Assembly: GCA_977030845.1 (NCBI GenBank)
Contig: OZ365110.1
Span: forward strand, 21,266,001-21,330,000
Length of the DNA stretch: 64,000 nt
Reading direction: 5' to 3'
Origin: Fimbriosthenelais zetlandica
Taxonomy: Eukaryota
Below are positions 48,601-62,619 of this stretch, one piece after another. The notes under the pieces are model-generated. The model saw only the letters and a list, made by a program, of their open reading frames with translations, was not told where the DNA came from and searched no databases. The position numbers were made by a program, and so were the translations under genes. Each line of letters opens with the position of its first letter. Positions within the stretch are counted from its first letter, which is position 1.

Positions 48601-51600
48601 TCTTCTTTGGTTTCTGGCCATTTCATTTTATTTTTTTAAATAGAATTTGATTCAAATTTCGGCAATACCTTAACTGTCGATTTCAAATCCCTCGGGTTAT
48701 AATTATAAAACGCCGTCCAGTATATATCACCTAGCTATTTTCAACATCATACAATACCAACATTCAATAATGCCCCACGAACATATTTTCAGTACTTATT
48801 TCTAGTGCAAACATTGATGGAAAATGATCCACTCTCAAGGGAGAAACGAATTGTCTACCTTAAATGGTGATGGGCAGAGGTGTGGCGCTTTTGACATAAT
48901 GGATGTCGTGGACAGCAGATATTCAAGTTCTTGATTTGCGTGGGCGCGGCCGCGGCTTTTGTACAGGCTGATAAGATGGCTACAACAAGACACCTGCAAC
49001 GAAGGAGCTTCGGATTATTATATGTTTCTAGAGGTAGGATTTTATTTCACATGCTATCTCCGTCATTTCCACCATGAATGTCCTCTTCACAAATAGTGTA
49101 CTGAGCTTATTTCATGATTGCAAAGGGGTATTGATATCAACTTCCTAATTTCCAAATTTAACTACAAACGTAGAATGATGTCATGCATTTTTTCCAAATA
49201 AAATATCAATCATGATTCTGAGGTAAAAATATATGCGCCACATAAAATATTGGGGTGGGGGGATGTCGATTACAGATAATACACAAAATGAGCTATTGGA
49301 GAAATTCCCTTGCAAGACAATATTTGTAAGAAAGTAGAGGCTACACAATAGTATTTAGCCTATAACAGAAGCATAACACAATTGTTAAAATGGCAATGTT
49401 TTTCAAAATTATATATTCGAAAATAACACAGAAAGTGTGTGTGGGTTTGGTGGGGGAGGGGTGGGGGTAGAAGGAGTAAGGAGAGCATCTGTTAAGCTCC
49501 CATTTGTATGTTCAGCTGTTTCTCCCACACACTCAGCAAGGTATAGGCCTACAGCTGCACTCGATGTGGGCTCTCATCTCAGAATCTATGGGAATCGCAA
49601 CGACTCGTTCGACCAAGGTAGTGTGCGGCCTGGGTTAAAAGAAGGCCTAGGCAATCTCAGTAATTCTTAGGGATAATGTAGTGAGGGCGTAACCTGCCTT
49701 CCTAACCACCGACTGCTACAGCTGTAATTCGACCTGCTTCGATTTCCCAGTGCGCCCAAACGAAAAATACTGCCACTAAGGACAGGGATATTGAAACCTT
49801 TTTGGTTTGGTCTTCTAGACTTCCGGCAAAGGTTTATCTAGACATGAATGAAGCCCATTCTAAAATCGGGAAAAATGCCTTCCGACAATCTAGTGTTTTG
49901 AATTGTGACTATGGGAATCACGGAGACTAGGGATAATTCAAAATAAAGTCATTTCGTGCGGTTCAATTTTCCGATTGTTTTCTCTTCAAATCAAAATTGT
50001 GTTCCGTCTGCTGGCCAGTAATATTAACGGATATCCAGAAGAGTACCAATTTAAATAACATTTTACATGTTAGTAATAAGTACAGATTTCACCGACAACA
50101 TTTGAATGGTTATCTCAATTACAATGTTATAAATAAAGGCAGAACTCACTGCAATATTTTCTTTGATAGCAAAACTTACGCAAAAAAATAAGCAAAATAC
50201 TCCTATAAGTTATAAAAGATTTCTAGAATTGGTTAAAAATTTGGTCTTAATTATGTGTCGAATGTCGAATGAGGTACTAGAGCAGTTTATGTTTTAGAAC
50301 AAATAATTTGTAACACACATTTCAAAACAAACATCTCCAACAAACATCTCCTGCAAAAGATGGAACCAAACAATAAGTGGAACTCCGGTCCTTCCTTGGT
50401 CAACTCGACTTCATGACGACGCTACAAAATGTTTAAATAAAACTCGAAATCAGCATGACTTTAGATTTTCTATGACAGTTTTGTACTTTGTTTATAGGGA
50501 TTTTCCCGATGTTTCCAATAAAATATTTCCGGTCTCGTCATCACAGTATTGCAGTCCTATTCCCGGATGTAGGTGTAAAGGTCATTGTCAATTAAGCTCA
50601 TAATTTGAACTCCTGGCAATTCATCAACTGTTTGCTCGTCTTATTCGAGAGTTTTTGTCCTAAAAAATAGGAGGTCGTACGAAAACTTACCAATTTAAAC
50701 GCACTTCTTTTCTTAATTTATGTCTCCATAGAAAAGAATAGAAATTGAATTTAGGCCGCGGCAATGGTGGGGGCCTCCCCCTCATATTGCATAACAATTA
50801 CAGCAATACACACAGCCATATTATTTTTGTTTAAAAATCAATGTAGCAATTTAAAATTTCGGAAACCCATTGATTCACAGGTGCATAAAAAATATGATTT
50901 ACATAGTGATGGTGGGTGATAAGGACAAAGGCTTAAATTTTGGAGCGAGGAGATTTCCTCTTTAAAACCTATGTCGAGTAAATTCATAGATATTACAAAA
51001 GAAAAAATCTACACGTCTCCCTACACAGAGAGTGCGATTTCGTGGTCGTTCCTCTTGATAGCTCTTGATACTGAGAATTTCATATTGATATTTGATTCCC
51101 CCCCCCCCCCCCCCCTGAAATACCACGAAATGTACATGTATGTTGCTTAGGAGCAAACCTAATTGCGAAATACCAGAGAAGTATACGTCCCATGTACCAC
51201 TAACTAAGCAGTCAAAAATATCTAGATTTGTTTTTATCAACAGCTCGTATTGAGGGAAGAGGATGATGATCTGTCATGCGTTTTAATCGCAAACACTAAG
51301 CCTACTGTCAAATTACGAAAATACCAATGCTTCAGTTGATATCAGAATTCCATTTTAATTTAGCAAAACTCTGAAACTAGTGAAAGGTTGGCAGATATCT
51401 GCAATTAGGTGTCTTGGCTGTCACACTACGCGACATCTCACTGCTCCCTGTTTGAATCCCCCCTGGGTTTTAATAAGCCTAAAAGCTGACAGGAAACCGC
51501 GTGTAAATGCCTGTTTGATCCACTGCCGTTACTAAATATAATTTCAGGAGGCGCTTCTTAATAAGCCTAATACAATTAGCCAGGATAGTCATAATAGAGT

Positions 51601-53990
51601 TCTCTTATTCATGAATTGAGATGCTTTGTGTTAATTTTTGACAACTGATTTCCTGGAATTTAAGTCAAAATAATAAATCCTGAGTAGTGTGTCACACCAG
51701 ACACCCCCAAACTAATATTGCAGATTTTATAATACCCAGCCTTCTGATCCTTTCCCTGTCTTATCCGATCCTGTAAATTCATCATAACAATGATTTAGTC
51801 TATGGTTGTGTCAGGCAAAAAGATTCACCACACAATATAATGTGTACAGCTGGATATTGCACGAATTCGTATGCGTACATAGTTATATGTTTTTGATATT
51901 TGATACTCTCTTTCTTATATGACAAGTTCCTGAATTCAGAATGTCAAAGTCCATATATATTGTATATGCACGGTGGCTTTGGATTTCGATCAATGCCAGT
52001 TATAAATCGAAACAAATCACAGACAGGTAGAAAGAACAAAATCAATCTAATTTGGATGACATATGTTCTCAGTTCTGGGAAATGAAAACATAGTAGTAGG
52101 CCTATGTTACCTTAACTTTCTTTGAATGTCACTGCATGGCAGAACCACTAGCATAGAAGACATGAATAAAAGAATATAAAAACCACTCTACATGCCCTTA
52201 CACAATGTATTGAAGTGTACAGGAATTAAGCAGGCATCGGGTCTCTGAATGTCAGAGGTGAGATGAAACAACCTATGCTTTCAGCTCAATTATTAGCAGT
52301 GATTTCTGACGCCTACACACAACCCATCATCTACAAGGAACATTTGAAGTGTACATAGACCAGGTGAAATTTACAGGCTCTGAGCAGCTATACAAATGAG
52401 AATAAAAAACAAAGACATAACTGTCATTTGTATTTTCTGAAATACGACTGTACTATAATGCCGATACACTGTCTTCGATGGTTCAACCAAACCTTCAAGC
52501 AGGACTTGTGTTTAAAAGTAGACCTTTCATAGCACTAATGAAACACGGCAAATTACAACTAATACAGAGGTTTTGCCCGAGATGGAGGTTGCCACCACCA
52601 CCACCCAACTAAGAAGGTAATCCCCCATTTCATATAGTGCATATAAGATTCAGGCATTACAAATGATATTGACAATGATATGACATTGAAATATTCAGTG
52701 TATGCCTATTAGACTCCAATAAAATCTTTAACAGATTGCAATGTGACTTTTTTAATATCCCATTAACTATTCCCCCAAACTTATGATATTAATGATCACC
52801 AAACGATCTTTCCCTTTTCTTTCTTATTACAAAATATGATATTCGTGATAAATTTGTAAATTTAGGCTTAGAAATTAGTGGAAATGATAATTTGTCACAC
52901 CACTATGTATTTTGTCGGTGGTCAAGTGCTGCGACCTGTCGCTTATTCCATGCAAATACATCAAAATTACCTCATGGAGATGAAGGCTACGGTATGACAG
53001 GGAATGGTGTTAGAACATTCCGAGAGGGGAGACTGAGTAACAATACCTTTTAGAGATGACAACGGAATACAGCAGGTGCCGCAGTCATCGCCAACTTGTC
53101 TTAACACCAGAGACCAACCTTCTGTTATAAGGTCCCTGTTAACACCTAGCGATCAGATTTTCAGGAGCACACGATTCTTATGTGTTCCATCATAGGAAAT
53201 GTTTTAAGCTAAGGAAAATATAATTATGAAATAATTATTTGGCTAAACTGAGAGTGGAATAAATCAGGCTTTGCATACTATCAGCATATAACATATTCAT
53301 TTTAAGTGCCTTGAGATCAAGAAACGAGGCCTACAAACATGTTAACAGCAAGGCCTGGTAGTGGGCCATGAGAATGGGCCTGGAGCACAATAAGTACTGG
53401 AGAAAACCATTAACAATGTTTGTGGAAAAGACACCAAGTTGACCATGGTCAAATACAATACACCAATTGCTGCAGCAATTGGTGGTAGACATGCTTCTTT
53501 GGTCAACCCACATGTGCATATATATTCCTATATAATATTATCAAAGTAATGCATGTTTGTCTGCAGACGTTGTAATGATTATCTGCTGGATCAGTATAAG
53601 TTCAATGTTTCCTAAAAATGAGATGAAATTATAGCTCTCAAAGGGTACCGTATTATTCAAGTCCATTACTGGCCTACCATTACCGTCTTAAAGATGATCA
53701 CCATCCATAGTCGATCAGAGTCAGGTCTACATGGAATCGTAATGGGAAATTACGTTTTCGGTTTATCCCTCGTTAAACAGCTGAGAAGATGAAAGGTAGT
53801 GTCGGGGAGGCAGTGATTGTGTCCAGAGGGAATTCCCTCCACATAAAGCAGATTCAGCAACACTGGATAACAGTGGATTCACTTTACAAAGTCTCATAGC
53901 AACTCGATTCCAATGTGTTATCTTAGAATCTTTCCATTAAAAATGTCCTATTTGTTTACTAGTCATAAATTAATCATGTAGAAAACTAAC

Positions 53991-54066
53991 CCTTCCTTAT
54001 TCTGATTGGCTAACTAAAACCATGCATGTGAGATCCTGTGACATCACACTTGCTAATAGATGGCTG
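53991..54066. repeat. Solo copy of the terminal repeat of the 56544-56775 element
   Basis: CCTTATTCTGATTGGCTAACTAAAACCATG..ATCCTGTGACATCACACTTGCTAATAGATGGCT aligns with 56707-56775. Confidence 0.8.
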
Positions 54067-54416
54067 CCCTTTAACTGGGGTGGGGGAGGAGGGTAGGGGG
54101 ACTTATCATGACTTGTTTAGGAATTGATTTGTCTCTACAGTCTATTCAGAATAAGTTCAGATTCTACATAGAATCGCATCATCTCTGATAATTTAGGCTA
54201 ATCGTCATCGCAGAAATCGCTCCACACGTGTAGGCCTACTGTAGGCTGTAACGTAGGGCCTACATGAACCGTGATCAGATATGAGATAGGGCCTACCAGT
54301 ACCGCCAGTAGGGCCTACTACCGGTACGTTGGCCTTATTCCGACCAAAGCAGATCAAAATATTACACAAGTCATATCGCATTATGAATTTCCTGTAGTCG
54401 TAAGAAGTCTACTCAC

Positions 54417-54513
54417 CTTCTTCGTCCTCCTCGCATTTCTTTTTAAACACTTTCGTTGTTTTCTGTGGCTTTTAAGCCTTCCCTTAGGTACATTTAGAGC
54501 GCTTCGGCGCCAT
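54417..54513 (-). pseudogene. Putative dead first coding exon behind a promoter-like CpG-rich segment
   Basis: ATG at 54513; MAPKRSKCT*GKA*KPQKTTKVFKKKCEEDEE then strong donor GTGAGT; CCGGAAGT (54543-54550) and ATTGG (54581-54585) upstream. Confidence 0.35.
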
Positions 54514-56543
54514 GCTCCCTGCCTGCTTCAGTAGGCCTACGACCGGAAGTAGTGATCATGTGAGATCCATACGCTTTCCTATTGGCTGAAGCATTTCCCG
54601 CCTTATGCGACGCTCACGGTTTATCGCAGCAATAGCCTAATCGCCCCAGTCGCAAATGGTCCATTTTCATGCGAAAAATATTGATTTTTTATGATCTTGA
54701 GCGGAATCGCCCGAACTTGCCGCGATAAGGGTGATTGCCGCGATTAGGCCTATGCTCCTCCACCATCGCACGAAGCCTGTCGCATGTCACATGTCCAAAT
54801 CGCAAATGAAAATCGCTCCAAACGCAAGAAAAACCCCTAATCCTCTCCGTTGCTGTTCAACATGTAAGCCTATTAATGGTGAGAAACAAGGTTAATTGTA
54901 GGCCTAGGCCTAAGTCTTAGGCCTATAGGCCCTAGGCCTACCGAGCCCACACAGAGGCGATTTGCCCAAACGATCCATCTCTAGCGATAGTAGGATTTCT
55001 GGTAGGCCTAACACCCAATGCTTGTAATTTTAACAATCTTTTAAACCTAGCAAATTCTAACCACTGAAAATATTACAAGCACGGCATTAGAGTTGACTGA
55101 GCCAGACACATTGTGTTTGGACCTCAGACCATCTTTAGGCCTATTAGGCCTGTTTCATAATAACAATGCTAAGTCTATGGCTAGCATTCGTTACGGCCAA
55201 CATAGGCCCTATTGTTTGGGTGGGAGGGTGTAGGCCTAGGCCTACATGTAGGCTATTCTCAAATAAGCCGACCTACTCAACATCCTGAACAAAGCTCAGA
55301 CATATTTATAATTAGGCCTATCAACAAGACTTTCAAATTAATTACAGGCCTAATAAATTAGGCCTATATATTTCTCTGATCATCAAATAGGTAGGCTAAA
55401 AGCTGATGAGGAAAATGTCTTTAAAAGTTTAGACCTTGTTAATTCACATAGACTTTAGACAGCGGTAAATATCAAAGGGGATATAGAGTAAAGGATAACA
55501 ACCCTCGGACCAGTAGCCAATCGTCCGTTTGTTCTGCATCCCCGGTGATTTAATGCAGCCTGAGAATATGGCCTAATGAGGTTGTTTTCCTCATGGGATG
55601 GCTACAATTGACTTGAATGGCATTTTAGGATATGCCACAAGCTCTTCTACACTGTCTCCTACCCAGACAAAGGGGTGTCTGCAGTTCTCCACAGTAATGT
55701 TGAGGTTTTGCTAGAAATATTTTTTATGGTGAGGCAAAAGGCAATTACTAGAAGGAGAATGTGGCAGCGGATGAATGTTATAGGCCTACCGCGGTACAAT
55801 GTCAATAGTCAGCCTCGAGTCTCCAATAGATAGACTGAATAATTTTCATCAATATACAATCCAATGTGTATTGGATTTTGTCGATGGTGAAATCACTTCT
55901 TATTGGACAAGACGACAACAATCATTGTTGAATCCATGAACATAAGCCAATTTAATGGCTTTCTCCTCTGACAAGGGACAGCAGAGAAGAAGGAAGTGTC
56001 AGACTTCTATAGGCTAGTCGATAAATGCTACTGCATGCGACTCCCGTCCGTGGTTATGAAACGTCAAATATCACCCCTTGGATAATATATTCTTTTTTTG
56101 AGGACGTGGCTTGAATATGCAATGCAGAGAGATAAGTATCAGCGCTATTTAAACTAAAGATTTAAATTGCCATTTCGACATTCTGAAGAGAAGTTATATG
56201 CCCTACTTCTACTTCTGAAAACTACTATGCCTACTTCAGAAAAACACCTGTACATGGACAAAATAGCGACAATTTGGCAAGTACAGTATAACTGGCGCAA
56301 TTTTATTGCACGGTGCAGGTTTTCTAATTTCCTGCGCCTGTTTGAAGTGTTTAGCAAGAAATTTGTGGGCACATTCAAAAATGAGACGATTATAATTATA
56401 TGCATTGAAAATGAAATTAGCCTAGGCCCCCTATTTAAAATAAGATAGAAATGATATAGTTTATATAGTTGATTTCACTACAAATTAATCAATTCCTTAA
56501 CAAGATTAATTTTAAGTCGCCCCAGAACAAGAGATCCATGAAT

Positions 56544-56775
56544 CAGCCATCTTTAGCAAGTGTGATGTCACGTGGTGTTGGTTAGTCAATCAAAATGAGG
56601 AAGGGATTGAGCATTACCATTGTTTTACAGATGGGGCAGATATGAGCTGTGACTGGACTGTTAGATGGTGCCCCCCTGTGTAGAAAAATGTCAATGCACC
56701 AAACAATTCCTTATTCTCATTGGCTAACCAAAACCATGTGACATCCTGTGACGTCATACTTGCTAAAAGATGGCT
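56544..56775. mobile_element. MITE with ~65-bp imperfect TIRs carrying CCAAT and CRE-like motifs
   Basis: Left arm CAGCCATCTTTAGCAAGTGTGATGTCAC..AAGGG (56544-56605) is the approximate reverse complement of the right arm 56707-56775; TGACGTCA at 56749-56756. Confidence 0.7.
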
Positions 56776-59700
56776 ACGCTTTGAGTTGGGGAATCGATTG
56801 CCAGCTATAATTTGGACTGAAATCAGCCATCTGATTTCAGAACTAGCTAGGAAAATAATTTTACATCAAGTATTTGTCATCCCTTAATTTAATCACTGTT
56901 CAATGCAACCTGCACAGACATAGCTATTATAGTCTTACTGGTCTAACGTTACACAAAGCTAAATTAAGCCTACAGTAAGTCTAGGCCTACATAAGTCTAC
57001 ATAATATTATCTAGGCCTAGACGATAGGCCCTAGGGCCTACTATAGACTAAGATAATAGGTAACCTGAGAATACGTCTATATTTCCCAAAACTCCAACAA
57101 CGGCATCGGTTACATTTCAAACAGGTACATGTCTTTGAAATGATAAGGTTGCAATGAAATACAAGAATGATAGAAAATAGAGAGCAGGCATAGATCACAT
57201 ATGACTGTAGTGGGCATTATGGACGGCTATCTCCCGGGCACAGTAAACTTCTTCCCAAAAGAATATCAGTAAATAGGAGAGGTAATTCTAGCTTCTGGAA
57301 ATGCGATTTTGATCTTCCAAAATTACATGCACATATTAAAAAGAAATAATTATAGCCATACTTTGTACGAGTTGTTGATCGAAAAGTGTGCATCTAAGAA
57401 TTCATTGAATTGACGTACTTAACGATTATGTTGATTATTATAATATGTATATAGGAGTAAAAAGGATAAGCCAGAAATACTCATAAAATTATAACTAATG
57501 ACTGGAAGGAAACACATATATCTACGGCTATTAATCCCTGTTCAGAGTGTTTCAGGCAATCCTAAAGTTAAACCCATGCAGATGTCAAGACCAGCACTAT
57601 ATTACAGCTTGGCAAAATGGCTACTGCATGCAAACTCCCCCTAACCATCAAGAACTCCAATCAAAGTCCAGGCTAAATCAGGCCCTTTTCTGGCAGATAT
57701 CCACTCTAGATTTTCCAGGATCCACAGAGTGACTGCTTCAACCCCTCACCCCTAAAATCCTATCTCTAAACGTCCAGACGCTGCCAACTATATTCCTGCC
57801 CTATGATGCCCTGTGCTCCATGCAACATACATAGACCCTACCCCGACATCATCATTCATGTAACAACAATAAGATGACACCTGACTGGCCATCTTTTGGC
57901 GACATCGCCTGAATGTCATCGTGACATCTGCTGAGATTGTAGCAAGATTATTGCAGCAGGGATACAGGAGGGAGGAAGGTGGAGGCTCATATCAACCTCA
58001 TCCATCATCGCTCCTCCCGCACTCAAGCCACTCCCTGCAAAACTGCTTCATGCCGACTTCTCATCCCGAGTCTCTTATAAACAAAGATAACTGGGGAATG
58101 AACGGACGCAAGCCATCCTTATAAAGGTATAGACCAGAACCTATAGTATACAGATAGAATGCATTTATAAACACCCCAACAGCTACAGCTGTCCATTATT
58201 TTAAATGGTAGGATACAACCACATTCATTCCCATTCAAAATACATTCGTCCTGTGATGCGCCGTTTTTGTTTTCCACCTAGGGAAGTAGAACGTTTCTTA
58301 AAGGACGGCAAAGTGCAAAAACTATACAAAAGAGGATTTAAGTTGAATCCATCAATCAATTGTAACAAAGCCGGTATTCGAACAAAATAATAGAGAGGAA
58401 GTTGGTCTCTTTCCCCACGACCACAAAATGTCTGAAAGGCATTTCTATACAAAAGTCTTGTATTTAAATGTCCCTGTATTGGAGAGGAAGTTGACAATCA
58501 ATGAGGCATAAACCTTCCAATATAATATTGGCCTTATTTCCAGATCCATTAGGGCTAAAGGTAGATGAATACAAACTCAAGGTGCAAATTATTAGAAATG
58601 GACAGTTGGCTTTTCGGGTGATAGGAACCGACTGTCTGATTGATCAATGATGAGGCCGTGAAAAGGGATTGGTGGGCCTGAGGGGTGAATTACCAAGGGA
58701 AGAACAACTTGGTATGAAGTTACCCGGAAGTAGCCTAAGGGACGTTTAAAATTGTGTTTTCTCGGCGGTTTGATTTCGAAAGAAGCCTGGTTAGGAAGGT
58801 TTTGCCTCAGTCCTGTGAAAAGAGTGGGCAAGGAGAGAAGCTTGAATTACACTCAAATTCTCATAATTCACAATCATAGTATGGATGGAATGGAGCAAAC
58901 TATATTTAGTATGCCATTTGCTGGAGATGAATATCAAATGGACAGCCACGAATATAAACAAGTATAGAGGCAGTGTTCAAAATAGTATCGTCTTGGACAG
59001 AGTTCTTGAAATCAGTCTTAATTGGTCTTATGTCGCATAAATATCCATATATATATAATTTAATAATGGAACATCTCAGAGGACGCCACAAAGGGGTATC
59101 CACTATCGTGTACCACACTACGTCCTACCATATAGAAGTGTATGGTCCTTTTCATTCTTGCTCCAATAATTTTCTTTGATAAATCGATGCCGACAAATAA
59201 ATCCTGAGCTATGGACTTCAAAATGGGACAGGATAGCCTTCCCATGCTCATAGACACAACATCTGACATCCTACATGATTATAGCATTATACCCTGTAAA
59301 GCCACCCCAGACCAGACCCCAGACACCGTGTCTTGACATTGATTAACTGCAAAATCTCAGCCAGAAATATCATCAAAGGCAACAAGCATTATGTCCTATA
59401 GATCTCCAGAGGTTTCAATAGTGAATCTGGTATGGCCTTCCTTCTTTAATGGGTAAAGAAAAACCCTTGGATTCAATGTGGTGTGGTCATCATACAATCA
59501 TAGGCTAAAACATCGGGGCCATTGTATAACAATAACTAATAACTATCCTTTTCGTATTGGCAATAACCATTCTTTATTTTTAATCGTTTTAATTTACTCA
59601 GAAAAATATATATAGTATATATAAAGTCTACCTAGAACTACCTAGAAAATCACTTTAAATACACCAAGACTTAGTCTTTGGCATCCCTTTAAAAGGATAT

Positions 59701-62619
59701 GGGATAATGACACTCAAAAAGTTAAAACAAGAGATAGTGACGCCCTTCTCACGTTCAAGAAAAAGGTGGAAACGTCTTCAAAAGCAATGACAGAGAAGTA
59801 CCAGATGTAGTATATGGTATCTCCCTGCAAAAGGACAAAGGAATAATGTTATGTAAACAATTTATCCGGGGTAAGATTTCAGTGCAACCTTCACACTTAG
59901 CCGATGTGCCAAAATAACATGATAGACTAACAATGTATCAGTACCGGTAATAATTTATATATGGGGCTTGGGGTCAAGACATTTTGGGCTCAATAAATGG
60001 GATCAAATTTGTTGTGTATTCCAATAGCTTATTTTATGGCAGGCAGTGCATGAGAATAACCAGCCATAGTGATCCAAATAGATCCCATCTATGTGTGGAA
60101 TCCCATGTCGTATCAGATAATAGAAGTACAGAGCAATGAGCACTATATTACTCCAGAATAAAAAGCTAGTGTCATAGATCAATGACTGCAGGTTTCATCC
60201 TCACACGTGTACAATGTTAGAATTCTTCGATAGAAAAACAAGATAATCATAGAACTAGTTCTCTGACGATAATGTAATGATAATGTAAAACATTTAGGCC
60301 TATACCCTATTCAGACCCAAGAATATACTACAAGACCTGGCAAAAGTTGGATAAGGGACGTTAAACTTCTTATTTCATGTGGAATAAATCTACCGCAGGG
60401 ACAAGGCTATTTTTCTCTATACCCCTATGACATTTGTTTAGTAGCCTGCATGTACAATGTTCCGGCAATCACATGGTAGGCAGGTTTGGAGCAGAGCTGC
60501 TCAGCCCTAGCTGACCTGACACCATCCGGCATGAGAGTAAACTAAGAGCAGCTCAAAGTAACAGCCACCTCGCCTTTGGAGCAGTTCACTCTCTCTACTC
60601 ACAGTGACTGGCGGTTAGGAAGAGAGTGTGTGAGGGAGAGAGAGGGTGATGAGAGGCGCAAGAAGAAAAAGTCCATCTATTCTCATGCTGCTGCTTCACT
60701 TTGGTTCAGGTCAAGGCAGCTCAGAGCTAAGACAAATCATTGATGAAACCACAAAGTTTAGGAATTCACTTGAATTCTTTGTGTGTTATCCTAAAATAAC
60801 GAAAGAAAGGGATCACTTTCGGAAAGGACGCTAGGATAATATAATCATTTAAACCGGCGCAGTGGGATTTATCAGTGGAGACCTGTTTGTAAGGATGGCG
60901 GACATCACTGAGCCATTTCACTGAATCATTGGTGATGCATTGATCAGAAGAGATAAAATGACAATTATCGCCCTTTCTCTCTGTTTCCTATATAACTTTT
61001 GCATTCGAGGAATATCTATTCAGGTGAAAGAAAGTAAATAGACTGGGCTTCCAACTTAAGTAAGGACATCATCACCTGTAGACCATGAATGACTTCTTAA
61101 GCTGATACATTTCTGCAGAATGTCTCATCAATTAATGAATTCGTAGGCAAACAAACTTACCCTCCATATCCCTTGCCATCTGCATAACTATATTAATCTA
61201 TGCTGGGTCGAATTAAAAAATATTCTGAAATGCGGCAGCAAAACGAAAGCCTGACGGGCAAATATCTCACATTATGATATCCCAGATGGTGGGAATTGCT
61301 GGGTAAATTGAAATTTTCCTTAGACATTCAAATTGATTAATTATCTGAAAGTCCAATGCAGACTATATAGGGTGCATCATTTGCATAAATACCTGACGTA
61401 GGAGCGGCCGGTGAGGCGGTTATGATAGGATCTGTTCTGTACTTAGATACACATCCCGACATGCAGGAGACAACCAGGAGAGGTAGACCCAAGAAAGTTG
61501 GTAGATGATTTGCAACAACTATCGCATGGGTCGATAATACACACATAATCCCTTAGACAGGCTTCCTGCATGGGGACCCGGATTAACAAGCTTGTCCATA
61601 TCTCCCACCTTGACAACTGAAACAATATTTGGAGGACAGAAGTGGCTTAATTTAGCTCGCCGTATCCTCAGAATTGGTTCAGTGAAAGGGCGAATGACAA
61701 AGTAAGGGAGGAACCTACATCTGGATGAATTACACATCACATGGGATAGCACGATCAGAGAAGCTCTACCAGCTTTCTTGTTTTAACACCTTACAAGCCT
61801 TCTTCACAGAAGGTATTTTTCTGTGGAAAGGCGAATATTTGATTTTCTCGAAGAATGAGCTAAGCCATGGCTTGAAAAGAAGTAATAAGAACAAATGCAA
61901 ATAGAAACTACCCAATGCAAGTAGGCCTACGGAAGCTGTGTAAAAGTAGCTTGGTAGTTGATGCGAGTTGATTCGAGCAGTGGCTTCCCTATCTCAGGAC
62001 TTATTGTAATGGTTACTTTCAAATACTGACATTTCTTTAAAGGACATGTATTGCATAGAGTTGGATACAAACAACAAGTGTCACACAAGAGCAACAAAGA
62101 ACACGTAGATGAACTGATAAAAAGACTAACCACAAGGGAAATGGGATTTTTAGGGGTTACAATTCGATCTAAATTTCGTCGAAAAATAGGAATTACTACA
62201 ATTGTGCATTGAAAATCAGATATGGGTGTATAATCCGCTGGAAAGGAAAGGAATATCCTGTGAAATTGGCCATATAATACTTCATGTCCATATCCCCCCA
62301 AAATAACATTGAAAATGTTGTCTGTGCTTCAGAGTCAAAATATTGCCATACAAACAGGCAGAAAGTAGGATCAAAGAACACGTATCGATGTCAATTGAAA
62401 GTCTAAATAGAGATTAAAATCCAGGCACCACTTAGATTTAATTTCAGGACATAATTGATAAATGATTGTGTCTCTGGACAGAACAAAAATCTACACCAAT
62501 TATAGGCCTACTGAATGGTTTTCTGAATTTGGCTTATCTACCCTTGAGCCTAGGGTTGTATTCAGGTATTCAATAGTGTTTTTTGGCTAATCTATAGGAA
62601 TAGCCTCAGAGATGAAAAA

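Noticed and set aside
49770-50790. Possible non-autonomous DNA transposon
   Set aside because: TE-like texture but no TIR pair or TSD could be defined.
51098-51115. C18 homopolymer
   Set aside because: Simple repeat, length unreliable in assemblies, no associated element recognised.
57550-58500. Decayed LINE endonuclease (AILIKV*TRTYSIQIECIYKHPN)
   Set aside because: Only one weak motif; no GDFN or RT motifs found.
61400-61540. RTE-type LINE 3' end (RRGRPK/KLVDDL)
   Set aside because: Requires a frameshift; too short to support as a feature.
36700-62600. Many 60-106 aa track ORFs in the intergenic tract
   Set aside because: No domains, no consistent splice-phase chains; sizes expected by chance.
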